From: an uncultured Methanoregulaceae archaeon
GTDB lineage: Archaea > Halobacteriota > Methanomicrobia > Methanomicrobiales > Methanospirillaceae
Assembly (NCBI GenBank): GCA_963841015.1
Contig: CAWJAX010000002.1
Span: forward strand, 1 to 64,000
Direction: 5' to 3'
Length of the DNA stretch: 64,000 nt
Under the pieces are notes generated by a model. The model saw only the letters and a list, made by a program, of their open reading frames with translations. It was not told where the DNA came from and searched no databases. Shown piece by piece: positions 49,960 to 60,024 of this stretch. How positions within the stretch are numbered: position 1 is the stretch's first letter; each line of letters begins with the position of its first letter. The position numbers and the translations under genes were made by a program.

Positions 49960-50078
49960 TCCAGTGCGGTCAATCGTTCTCCCACAAGCAGGCCAATATT
50001 ACATACTGGACAATTCATATTTAATCTTAAAAATTACAATTGTGAAGATATAGGGTTTCCGATGGAAGATACTTCTAA
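49960..50078 (-). repeat. Diverged duplicate of zf-TFIIB promoter and 5' end (original about 49215-49326), includes operator at 50034-50045
   Basis: TGGACAATTCATATTTAATCTTAAAA(G/A)TTACAATTGTGAAGATA(A/T)AGGGTT(A/T)CCGATGGAAGA present at both loci. Confidence 0.9.
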
Positions 50079-50219
50079 AGAAAAAAAGCTCATTGAAATC
50101 AGTATCGGCTCCTTGTGAGACGCAAACACTCGTTTGTCGGTGCAACGACTACCAGTCACAATTTTTTTTGTGTCTGAATTCTATGTGCACAAATCAGTTT
50201 TTCTCATTATTTCCCCATT

Positions 50220-51400
50220 CTAGATAGTCCCGGTCAGCATTGCAGCTCCGAGTGCAACCATTACAATTCCCATGACAAGACGCACCCAGCGCCGGCTCCC
50301 CCCCGGAATGTTTCCAGCCGCTCCGGAGTACCGCCCCAGTACATCACAATGAGGATCAGAATCAGCGGAAGGACGAAGATCAGGTTATACAGCAGAAGGT
50401 ACGGAATCCCTTCAGCAAGCGTCATACGGTCACCCAGAAGCCCGAGAATCGCCAGGTAAATCCCACCGGTGCAGGGCAGTTCGACCATGCTGACGAGTGC
50501 CCCGAGAGCAATGGCGGACGGGATGGATGCTTTCCTGATGTACCGGTCGATAGCGTTTTTCTGTGACACAGGGATAGCAAGGGTGAAGATCTCGCGTTTG
50601 AGGAGGACTTCGGCGATGTTGATGAGCCCGGCAATGATGGCGACTACAGCAGCAATGGTGAAAACGATCCCGGAAAGACCGATCTGCTGGACAACGGTAA
50701 GAAGTCCCAGCCCGGCAACGAAATACACGACAAAGACCGTGGCAATATAGGCGCAACCGACAGCGGCGATCCGCCGCCGCTCGCCCAGCGATGCCAGGTA
50801 CGCAAGCAGGATGATCAGGACTGCAAAGGCGCACGGGTTGACGCTGTCGATGACCGCTGCGATCAGGATTGACGGCACGGTCAGATCAACGGGGTCTGCC
50901 GGTGAGAGGTCGTGCGGGAGTCCCCCGGATTTCGTATAGGTTGCGGGACATTCTGCCGGATTATTGGTATACCAGACAATCCGCTCCTCAAGCTGCGTTC
51001 GGATAGCCGTTTCACCGACAAGCGCCCGGTCACCGATGAAGAGAGTGGGGACTCCCTCCTCTTTCACCTCGTATCGTTGGAGCAACTCCCTGAACTTTGC
51101 CTGGTTCGTGGTGTTGAAATAAATCTCATAGGTTTTCAGCTGCATCTGCGGGTATTTCACCGCGAGCTCATCAATGAGTGGTTTCACCCGCTCGCAGTGC
51201 GGGCACCCCTGCCCGTAGAACAGGTAGACGCAGATTGGCTGCACCTGTCCGCAGGTTTCGTTCAGCTGCGTTCCATGACAGACGTCTACACCATTCACCG
51301 GAGGAACCGATGACCCATTCACCTCACCCAAGGCCGGGGTTGCAAGCAGAAGAAGTAATACAATTGCCGCTCCTGCCAGCACTCGGTAATGTTCTTTCAT
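50220..51400 (-). CDS. Thioredoxin-like (CPHC) + DsbD/CcdA-like membrane domain; frameshift in G-run near 50300
   Basis: Signal peptide, FYGQGCPHC, VPTLFIG, DSVNPCAF, ELPCTGGIY; corrected C-terminus RWVRLVMGIVMVALG ends at 50220. Confidence 0.85.
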
Positions 51401-51424
51401 TTCTCTTGATACCCCTGCCGGATG

Positions 51425-52272
51425 TTATGTAAACAATACCATTCTGACCAAGTTACGCACACCCGGCGCTAATCCCACTACAATCATGGCAAGCAGGATC
51501 AGGTGCCAGAGGATTTGGGGAGCCTCCTTCCGGGTACTGCTGGAGGATGTATATTGCGGGAAATAGTACTGCGAGTTTCAGGGGGAACATCGAAAATGCC
51601 GTCCCGGTCCATGCAATCAGGGCGCCTCCCACAACATGCGATTCGGTATAGGTCATAGAGTGCAGGTCAATACCATAGCTCGTGGCGCTTGCGTCCAACA
51701 TGTGGCTGAAGATCAGTACGCAGTACAGTGGATCGCTTACATATTCCCATTTGAGCACGTACCGCATGAATCCCCAGACTGCACCTGTGGTGACAGTGGC
51801 GAGAGTAAGGATAATGAGGAGAATGCTGACTGCGATCTGCGAGTACGTTAACCCATACCATACCAGGAATGCGGCAGCAAGAATACAGCCCATTGTCCCG
51901 ATACCAGCATACCCGATATCATATGAGGTGATGATCCGGGCACGTTCAAGGGTCTGCGAAAGGAGCAGCGCTGCGACGGTGATAAAAAATATTACAAAGA
52001 AAATCAGCGGTGTGATGAGGAGGAAGCGGAGATCGGAAGTGATATATCCGGTGTCCTCGACAACCCGCAGGAGTCCCCCGAGAACGATGAACGGGACGGT
52101 AGCTGAGGACAAACTTTCCGTCGACAGGAAATCCAGTCCATTTAAGCCAGCGGTAGATAAGGTACACCGCGATGACAAGAATGATGGCATACGTCAGGGT
52201 GTCTACAATATTATACGGTTGGCCATACCGAATGGGATCAATGTAATACGTCGTGATGAAGTCGCTAATCAT
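51425..52272 (-). CDS. DUF63 family membrane protein; +1 frameshifts near 52104 and 51532
   Basis: YYIDPI...YNIVDTLTYA, GGLLRVVED, LITPLIFF, HMLDASAT..GID, Y.ESHV, FPLKL, GLAPGVRN. Confidence 0.85.
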
Positions 52273-52298
52273 GATGTCATTCTTGCCTGAGAGTCAAT

Positions 52299-52328
52299 TC
52301 ACAATCGTTACTTTCAATAAGTTATAAT
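52299..52328 (-). promoter_or_regulatory. TATA-like region plus operator variant (one mismatch) upstream of DUF63-Trx/DsbD
   Basis: Minus strand reads ATTATAACTTATTGAAAG-TAACGATTGTGA; the plus strand at 52299-52310 is TCACAATCGTTA. Confidence 0.55.
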
Positions 52329-52433
52329 TCTTGGTATTCAGGATGCATGCTACACCCGATCTCATGGGAATAAAACTACTAACCTATGCCTGCATAAAAA
52401 AACCGGCAATGCAGTAACAGGAAAAAAAGAAGG

Positions 52434-53315
52434 TTAGTATTTGTGGAGTTCTATCTCCACGTTTTCAAGATTGGCGATCCGCTTCTCGAGCGCCGGATGT
52501 GTTGAAAGGAGCTCCATTATGGTGTTTTTCGAGATGGCGGGAATGATGAAGAATGCATTTGCTCCCTCGACCTTTGCCTTATATTCCGCAGGTACCGCGT
52601 CCATCCTTCCGTTTATTTTCTTGAGGGCGGATACGAGCGCCCGTGGATTTTTCGTGATGAGCGCACTGCCGCGATCTGCCGCGAATTCGCGGTATCTTGA
52701 GAGTGCAAGAATGAGTAGCGTGCTGACAGCATACACAACAATCGAAACGATCCATACAACGATCCAACTGCCTCCACCGCGATCACGTCCGCCGAATATT
52801 GCAGAGAAAAAGAAACTCTGCATGATCATCGATGCGATCATCGCAATAAAACTGGCCATGGTCATGGTAAGGATATCGCGGTTTTTTACATGGGCGAGCT
52901 CGTGGGCAAGAACTGCTTCCAGTTCATCCTTTTTGAGCAGCCGCATGATCGAATCCGTGCAGGCAACTACTGCATGCTTCGGACTCCTCCCGGTTGCAAA
53001 CGCGTTTGGCATCGGGCTCTGCATAATCGCAATCCTTGGCATAGGGAGATCTGCTTCCCCGGAGAGCTTTTCCACGGTTTGGCGGAGTTCAGGATATTCA
53101 TCCTCATCAATGATACGTGCCCCGGTTGACCAGAGCACCAGCTTATCAGAGAAGAAGTATTGGACTAATCCCATTCCTACGGCAAGGAGGACTATTAGCC
53201 AGTAACCGGCTCCGAACGCCAACAGTACGGTCATGAACACAAGGTAGAGGATGAACAATAAGAACATCGTCAGCCAGACTCTGCCGGTAAGGCCCCAGTC
53301 ACGTTTCCATTCCAT
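52434..53315 (-). CDS. htpX: Zinc metalloprotease HtpX
   Basis: PNAFATGR, ELEAVLAHELAHVKNRD (HExxH), LSRYREFAADRG, STHP..EKRI; start at ATG 53315. Confidence 0.95.
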   Translation of the reverse strand: MEWKRDWGLTGRVWLTMFLLFILYLVFMTVLLAFGAGYWLIVLLAVGMGLVQYFFSDKLVLWSTGARIIDEDEYPELRQTVEKLSGEADLPMPRIAIMQSPMPNAFATGRSPKHAVVACTDSIMRLLKKDELEAVLAHELAHVKNRDILTMTMASFIAMIASMIMQSFFFSAIFGGRDRGGGSWIVVWIVSIVVYAVSTLLILALSRYREFAADRGSALITKNPRALVSALKKINGRMDAVPAEYKAKVEGANAFFIIPAISKNTIMELLSTHPALEKRIANLENVEIELHKY

Positions 53316-53326
53316 AATTAGTACAA

Positions 53327-53349
53327 TTACGATCGTGATGCTCTTAAAG
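53327..53349 (-). promoter_or_regulatory. TATA box plus operator TCACGATCGTAA upstream of htpX
   Basis: Minus strand reads CTTTAAGAGCA-TCACGATCGTAA, 11 nt before ATG. Confidence 0.65.
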
Positions 53350-53534
53350 TCTTTGAATGTTACAGAAAAACCGGCTTCAATCTGAACCGTTTTTTTGCTT
53401 TCCTGATATTTGCGGAGTTTTATAAAAAAGAAGGTCCGTAAAAAATTGTTGCATGACAACACGGCCCCCCATGAATCTGCCTCTTCAGGTTTTTACAAAA
53501 TTAACCCTCATTATTTTGTAATTTTGTACCTCGG

Positions 53535-53975
53535 TCCTCCCACCCTTTGGTTTCTTCGTTGTTGAAATCCAAAGACTTGTATTCAGTGAGTCAAAAAAAT
53601 GTAACTGTATAAGGCGATCTCTTTTACGAGACCGGGTTTTATGAGCCGGTAGACAACCCGCAGCAGGAAACCGACTATCAGTATCGATACCGCAATCCAG
53701 ATTATTGTTGCCCACCGCTCAAAGTAAAGTGGTACGGTGTTAAAGACTGGTCCACCGGTCTGGACGACGATGCTCTGAATAGCGACCATGGCTGCAATGA
53801 TAACGAAGACTGTCGGTTTCCCTTTGAAATAGGGGGGCATCGTCCCGTCCAGTGCCCGGCAGTTGATACCGTTCCAGACTGCTGCGATGACGAATGCGGC
53901 AAAGAATCCCGGTCGCTACCCGGAGCATACCAACAACCAGCGGAAGGAACATCGGCTCATGGAATACTGATTTGG
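53535..53975 (-). pseudogene. Deleted chimeric relic of the ATPase operon
   Basis: 53540-53930 matches 42721-43152 (3' end and downstream of the Ca-ATPase); 53930-53965 encodes HEPMFLPLVVG, matching the N-terminus of the PEEF ATPase. Confidence 0.85.
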
Positions 53976-54107
53976 AGGTTTCCGGGTAGTAAAGGTTGTT
54001 TTTTTGGTTTGCCGCTTGCAAGGTGGTGTCCTGTTACGGGAACAGAAAAAAACCGTTTCATTCCGGCCTGCTCGCAATTACACGGGAGAGAATGAAAAAA
54101 ATGAATA

Positions 54108-54299
54108 TTATTCATCGATGGGCTTGAAAACGCCTTTTTTTGCCTTGAGAATTTTGCATTCCGGACATCGCCAGGTGTCAGGAACCTTATCCCATGGCGT
54201 GCCCGGGGGAATGCCATTTTTGGGATCTCCTTTCAGGGGGTCGTATATGTAGTGACATTCGAGACATACACATCTGATTTTTTTTACCTGTTCAGCCAT
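54108..54299 (-). CDS. Rubredoxin
   Basis: CLECHYIYDP..GDP..GIPPGTPW..VPDTWRCPEC. Confidence 0.92.
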   Translation of the reverse strand: MAEQVKKIRCVCLECHYIYDPLKGDPKNGIPPGTPWDKVPDTWRCPECKILKAKKGVFKPIDE

Positions 54300-54497
54300 G
54301 GTTTATCCAACTCCCTTCATTCCGTTTGACACTTATGTATTTTGTTTTACTATCTTAATGAACACTGCTTTTTCCGGACTTTACGGGATTGTGCTCAGGG
54401 TGCACACCCCACCTGGAACGTGCAGTGCTGTCCATACCGTCTCATGCGGACCAGTCTCGCAAAGTTTAAAGAAAAAGCGCCCCAAGGGACTATCAGG

Positions 54498-55868
54498 ATG
54501 TATATAAAAACCGTGAGATCGGAGATAGTTTCCCACCTGAGTTACCTGGTCGCGTCGAAGGGGGAAGCTTTTGTTGTCGACCCCCGGAGAGACTGCGAGG
54601 TCTACCATGAGATCGCACAGGACCAGGGGACCAGGATCAGGGAGATCTTCGAGACCCACCGGAACGAGGACTATGTTGCCGGCTCCATTGAACTCTCCCG
54701 GATCACCGGTGCCAGGATACACCACGGTCCGGGGATTCCCTGGAAGTACGGGGAGACGCTCACTGACGGTGAGGAGTTCAGGATCGGTGCATTGAAGGTC
54801 GTCGCACTCCACACCCCGGGCCATTCCCCGGACAGCACCTGCTATGTCCTTTACGACCGGGAGAGCGGGGAGCATCCTGTGACAGTGTTTCTCCGGTGAC
54901 ACGCTCTTTGTCGGCGACGTCGGGAGGACAGATTTCCTCGGCGAAAGGTACACGGCGATGATGTCCGGGAAGCTTTACGACAGCCTGCACGATAAGCTGC
55001 TTCCCCTTGGTGACGGGGTGGTGGTCCTGCCCGCCCATGGCTATGGATCGGTCTGCGGCGGCACGATACGCGAACGGGAGATCAGCACCATCGGGGCAGA
55101 GCGGGCGATGAACCCCATGCTCGGCCTTACAAGGGACAAGTTCGTTGAACGCAAGGTCGGTGAGAAGCACGAAACATCACCCTATTTCAGCGTGATGGAG
55201 AGATACAACCTCGAAGGCCCGCCAATCCCGCCCCACCTGCCTGCGCCCCCCGCGCTCACCCCGGCCGAATTCCGGGCGGCTGCTGCAGGAGGCATTCCCG
55301 TCATCGACACGCGAGCCCCCCCTGCGTTTGGAGGGGCGCACATAGAAGGCTCGTACAGCCTCCCGCCCATGAGGCTGGCAAACGCCGGCTGGGTCGCCTC
55401 TGTTGAAAAAGAGGTGCTCCTGGTAGTCGAAGACTCCCGGGCCCTTGACTTCGCGGTCAGGAACCTCTACCGGATGGGATACACCTCCTTTGCCGGCTAC
55501 CTTGCCGGCGGTATCGAAGCGTGGTATAAGGAAGGATACCCCCTCTCCCGGGTGGACCTGCTGACGTGCCGGCGAGCTCAATACCCTCATCATGGCGGGG
55601 GAACAGCCGGTGATCGTGGACGTTCGCAGGCACAGCGAGTGGGACGAGGGGCACATCAGGGGAGCGACCCACATCTATCTGGGCAGGCTCCCCGAAAGGC
55701 TGGGCGAAATCCCGGAAGGAAAGCCCGTGGTTCTCCAGTGCAAGACGGGGACTCGTTCCAGCTTCGCTGCAAGCATCCTCAAAAAAGCGGGCAGAACCAG
55801 AGTCTGCAACCTGCTTGGCGGCATCGACTCCTGGAAGAAGTCTTGGTTACCCCCTCGTGAAAGACTGA
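54498..55868 (+). CDS. MBL-fold hydrolase with two rhodanese domains (persulfide dioxygenase-like); +1 frameshifts near 54890, 55567 and 55844
   Basis: ETHRNEDYVAG, HTPGHSPD, SGDTLFVGDVGR, PAHGYGSVCG, IDTR....F...HI.GS, DVR..SEWDEGHI.GA, CKTGTRS, corrected end WKKSGYPLVKD. Confidence 0.85.
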
Positions 55869-55905
55869 ACTTAACCTTTATTATCCACACAACCAAGCTG
55901 AACAC

Positions 55906-56364
55906 ATGTTTCCCCTCGGTATAGAACCCTACCTCATCGGCGGGATCCTCATCGGCCTTGGCGTCAGCCTCATCTACATCCTGACCGGGCTTCACGCTAC
56001 GCAGAGCAGTTTCTTCACCACGACGCTCTCATGGTTTTCGAAACTGCCATACTTCCAGGACAAAAGAAACCTCCAGGAACGCGACTGGCGACTTGTGCTG
56101 TGCCTCGGCCTGATCTCGGGTGCCGTTCTCTACACCCTCACCCTGTCACCTTCGGGTATGTTTGTAACGAGTGTCGGCCCCTGGAGGCTGGCGCTGGGCG
56201 GGCTGCTTGTCGGCTTCGGCACGCGGCTCTCCAACGGGTGTACCTCGGGTCATGGCATAAGCGGCATCGCATCCCTCTCAACCACCTCACTCTACGCGGT
56301 CATCACGTTCCTGGGATTCGGAATCATAACGGCCCACCTCCTCGAACTCATGGGGGTCCTGTAA
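55906..56364 (+). CDS. YeeE/YedE family sulfur-transport membrane protein (first half)
   Basis: GGILIGLG, GGLLVGFGTRLSNGCTSGHGISG. Confidence 0.9.
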   Translation: MFPLGIEPYLIGGILIGLGVSLIYILTGLHATQSSFFTTTLSWFSKLPYFQDKRNLQERDWRLVLCLGLISGAVLYTLTLSPSGMFVTSVGPWRLALGGLLVGFGTRLSNGCTSGHGISGIASLSTTSLYAVITFLGFGIITAHLLELMGVL

Positions 56365-56777
56365 TGAACACCAGGAACCTCTCGGTCTACGCGGGAGGGA
56401 TCCTTTTTGGCTTTGGTCTTGCCTACAGTGGCATGACCCAACCGGAGATTGTCCTCAGTTTCCTCAGGCTGGAAGATCTGGGACTCATCTTTGTCATGGG
56501 CGGCGCAGCGGTCATTACCTTCTTTGCAGTTAATGCCGCGCCGAAATTCATGAAAGCCCCCGTGCTTGGGGGAACCTTCAAGCCCCGGATCAGTGTAATG
56601 ACGAGAAACACGATAATCGGTGCAGCAATATTCGGTGTCGGGTGGGGAATATCAGGCCAGTGCCCCGGCTCGGCAGTTGCAAGCCTCGGTACGGGAAACT
56701 GGCCCATCACAATCGGCATCGCCTTCATGTTCCTCGGCGCTTACCTCAGGGGAAGATTTGTCAAAGGTGAGAATTAA
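56364..56777 (+). CDS. YeeE/YedE family sulfur-transport membrane protein (second half)
   Basis: GILFGFGLAYSGMTQPEIVLSFL, IFGVGWGISGQCPG; TAATG overlap with the previous gene. Confidence 0.9.
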   Translation: MNTRNLSVYAGGILFGFGLAYSGMTQPEIVLSFLRLEDLGLIFVMGGAAVITFFAVNAAPKFMKAPVLGGTFKPRISVMTRNTIIGAAIFGVGWGISGQCPGSAVASLGTGNWPITIGIAFMFLGAYLRGRFVKGEN

Positions 56778-57006
56778 GAGATCCGGAGAACGGATAAAGA
56801 CAAAAAACACGGGGCGACAGGTGTGAACCGATAGTCTTCAATCCTCCGCTGCTGATACCCGCGCTTCTGCCTGCCCTCTGCAACCCCCGTTTCCCGGAAA
56901 CCTCCCGCAGTTCAAGCCGGAGGGTATGACAAGGTCAGGATGCCAGGCCAGGGGGGCGGTTCCGGATAGTTCCTGGGAGTTAAGCAACTTTTTTTGGTCA
57001 GGTGTT

Positions 57007-57492
57007 TTAATTCAGGAGAACGACCCCGGCATTTAATGCAGTGGCGATGCAGACCCAGGCAAGATAGGGAACGAGAAGCACGGCAGCAGGTTTTGACACC
57101 CGGTAAAAGGTCATGATGGTCGCAACAATGAGGGCAAGCAATACGACAATACAGGCAAGCGCGGCCGTTGGTGATTGCAGCCCGAAGAAGAGTAAGGACC
57201 ACAGGAGGTTTACTCCCAGCTGGGCGGCAAACAGGATAATTCCGGTCTTTACGGTTTCGTTTTCCCACCCCTGCATAATGACAAGGTACAGGGAAATTCC
57301 CATCAGTATATAGAGAACCGTCCAGACCGGGCCGAACACGTAATCCGGTGGCGTGAACCAGGGTTTGTTGAGCGTTGAATACCAGTCAGTCACTCCGGAC
57401 ATCGTGAGCATACCGATAATGGCTCCTGAAACCAGGGGTATGAGGATACAGACTATCGCCAGTACAACCGATCGAAGGGGAATCCTGTCCAT
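57007..57492 (-). CDS. tspO: TspO/MBR tryptophan-rich sensory protein
   Basis: WYSTLNKPWFTPPDYVFGPVWTVLY, NLLWS.LFFG, LVPYLAWV..ATALN. Confidence 0.93.
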   Translation of the reverse strand: MDRIPLRSVVLAIVCILIPLVSGAIIGMLTMSGVTDWYSTLNKPWFTPPDYVFGPVWTVLYILMGISLYLVIMQGWENETVKTGIILFAAQLGVNLLWSLLFFGLQSPTAALACIVVLLALIVATIMTFYRVSKPAAVLLVPYLAWVCIATALNAGVVLLN

Positions 57493-57590
57493 GGAGGTTA
57501 CTGATACCCGGGAAGAGATGAGTGTATCCCTTCCGGTAGTACCGGCACAGGATGTCGGGAAATAACGGTGATAGCAGTTCGATTACCGTT

Positions 57591-57881
57591 TTAGATCTCT
57601 TTTGCGATTTTGTAGAACATGTCAGGTGAAACGGTCTCTAAGGTCTCAGTCTGGACCGTGCCAAACTTTGCAACAATCGCAAGGAACTTCACCACGCTCT
57701 CCTTGGTGGGCATATCAATAATTGCCACGAAGTCATACCGGCCGAACGTGTAGAACAGGGAGATCATCTTTCCTCCCAGCGATTCGATGATCTTTTTTGC
57801 TTTCTGGTCCCGTTCTTCAATGCTGTCAAATTTTTCAAATGCAGTACTCTTCAGGTTCCCGAGCGTCACGTAGATTGTCAT
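57591..57881 (-). CDS. GYD domain protein
   Basis: R...AKK.IESLGGK...FYTFGRYDFVAI.D, G.VQTETL. Confidence 0.88.
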   Translation of the reverse strand: MTIYVTLGNLKSTAFEKFDSIEERDQKAKKIIESLGGKMISLFYTFGRYDFVAIIDMPTKESVVKFLAIVAKFGTVQTETLETVSPDMFYKIAKEI

Positions 57882-58681
57882 GTGTGAACCCTTTCATTTG
57901 AGGTAGTAATAAAAATTTGGATACCGGAACGGTGAGATAGTGGGGTGAGGTTCCCGATACTTAAAGCACGACCTGCCAGGAATTACCCCTTCAATAGATG
58001 CATTCCATACTACAGTTTTTTTAAAAAATAAAAGTGAGACGAATTCATGAGGATTGCCCCGGAAGAACTTCACTCAGGGTGCATCAGTCCCGATTCCCGG
58101 TATCTTGGTCATTCACGGGTACAACTATTGGGTTCCCGTTACATTGTCCGGGTATCGGTAGTTACACGGTAAATCTTAAACGACACCCTGAACCGGTATC
58201 TTGTACGACAGGAGATCCTATGCCGTTTGGATCGGTTGTCTTACCCAGTCCAGGACAGACATATATCCGTGTTCCCAGTTCAGCCCGGCGAATACGATCT
58301 CTTTATCGTTTCCAGGTCATTGGCTGCGTAAACCCAGTTACTGATCGAATCCCCGCTGCACTCCGGATTTGTCCTCCCTGAGGCACACACCCTGATGCGC
58401 TGATTTTATTAAAATCTTAGGTCATTTTTCAAAAAATGTTACAAAATCTGCTTTACGGAAATAATATAATAATATTATTGGAATGAGCCCTGAAAGGTCA
58501 GGATGACTGCTGCATATACGAAAACCTGACAGGTTACTATCCATACCCCGAAAATAAAAAAGCGATTTCAGATAGCGTGTACGAGGTTTCCGGGTGGGGA
58601 AAAATACGGGTAGTTCATTTGATAGGAACTCACGGAGATACTATTTATCGAGCATCAGGTAAATGCAATAGGAGAAATCCC

Positions 58682-59188
58682 ATGAAAAACATCGTCCTTA
58701 TCGGTATGCCCGGTGCAGGGAAGAGCACCATGGGGGTCATCCTTGCAAAAACCCTGGGACGTACCTTTATCGATACGGATATCGTGGCACAGGAAACGAG
58801 CGGACGGCTCCTGCAGGAGATTATTGATGAGGATGGGACCGATGCATTCCTGAAAACCGAGGAAAAAACGATACTCTCGCTGCACGGTCACCATGCTGTT
58901 ATTGCCACGGGGGGCAGTGTGGTGTTCAGCACAAAAGCGATGCAACACCTCAAAAAGGATGGCATCGTCATATACCTGGATATATCATTTGAGGAAATGG
59001 TGAGGAGACTCAATAATATCATGACGCGGGGAATTGTCCTGACTGCAGGCCAAAGCCTTCGGGATATGTACAACCAGAGGGTCTCTTTGTATGAAAGGTA
59101 TGCTGATATAACGATCGATTGTTCAGGCATCGATTTTGAGACGTGTATCGGAAACATCCTTGATGAGCTCCGTAATTTCCCGGTATAG
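58682..59188 (+). CDS. aroK: Shikimate kinase (bacterial AroK type)
   Basis: NIVLIGMPGAGKST.G..LAK.L...FIDTD, VIATGGSVV, R..LYERYAD. Confidence 0.88.
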   Translation: MKNIVLIGMPGAGKSTMGVILAKTLGRTFIDTDIVAQETSGRLLQEIIDEDGTDAFLKTEEKTILSLHGHHAVIATGGSVVFSTKAMQHLKKDGIVIYLDISFEEMVRRLNNIMTRGIVLTAGQSLRDMYNQRVSLYERYADITIDCSGIDFETCIGNILDELRNFPV

Positions 59189-59348
59189 TGCGTTTTTTCT
59201 TTTATGGTGTCATCCCCCATCACCAACTGCCACACCGGAAACTCTCCGGGATCCCTTCCGGATAGAATATCAGGGCATTTCAATTTAGTGAACCTCAGCA
59301 CAACACACATAATCCTTTAATCGCATAAGCTGGCTGAGAAGAGCTTCC

Positions 59349-60024
59349 ATGAATACGTTTTCCTGGTATCCCTGCGCCGGCCTAGCAGTCATCATGCTTT
59401 TAGTAATAACGGTGCTTTTCACCGGCTGGTACGAGTCCTACGGACCATAAAATTCCTGCGGCGACAGGATCCCCTGGTGTGACTGCAGGGCAGGGTGCAC
59501 CTGTTCCGGCCAATACGGGCGTGAGTGCATCCCTTCCCTATGGAGTATCTATATCGGTCCCGGCTGACTGGACGAGGCAGGATGTCCTCACGAGCGGGGT
59601 CAGGGACTATGGCACATCAACGATAAACATCGCCAATTTCTACTCACCCAATGCCATCCCGGGTGACCAGGCATCCTACACTTCCCTGAGTGTCGATGTC
59701 GATCAGAACCCCGGAGCGGATTTTGAGAGATACTTCAACAGCGCTACTCTTGCCGTGACAAAAACCTATGGCGATCCCACTACGGTAGAAGCCCACAGTT
59801 ACACCATACCAATATCCGGCTATAAATCCTACGAGCTGGATTTCCAGACCGATGAGGTGAAAGGGACCTACATCTTTACCTCAACAGAAAACGGCATGTA
59901 TATCTTCGCGTTCAAGGTTCCAAATAAACCCCGGGCAGTCCGGGTGTTCCAGGGAGCGATCGTAGAGATTTACCAATCGATCAGGATCCATCCCCCGACC
60001 GTTGTTGTCACGCAGCACCGGTAA
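59349..60024 (+). CDS. Lipoprotein, possibly PsbP-like fold; +1 frameshift near 59428
   Basis: Hydrophobic signal ending LFTG(C) after correction; YGVSISVPADW, ISGYKSYELDF, IYQSIRI. Confidence 0.55.

Noticed and set aside
54346-54358. TTACTATCTTAA near the rubredoxin promoter (and TCACAATGGCAA at 17941) as extra operator sites
   Set aside because: Two mismatches each, within the conserved core, and no matching position relative to a TATA box.
57900-58680. ORF 58034-58381 and the surrounding gap
   Set aside because: No recognisable protein motif on either strand; possibly a decayed gene, but this cannot be supported.
323-60024. About 14 frameshifts in 11 otherwise intact genes (fasciclin, methyltransferase, TIGR04282-like, SOUL, hydrolase, secreted protein, PhzF, Trx-DsbD, DUF63 x2, MBL x3, lipoprotein) as programmed frameshifting or mass pseudogenisation
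   Set aside because: Nearly all are isolated +1 insertions with no shared slippery motif, no in-frame stops and no other decay. Sequencing or assembly error is the simplest explanation; read mapping would confirm it.
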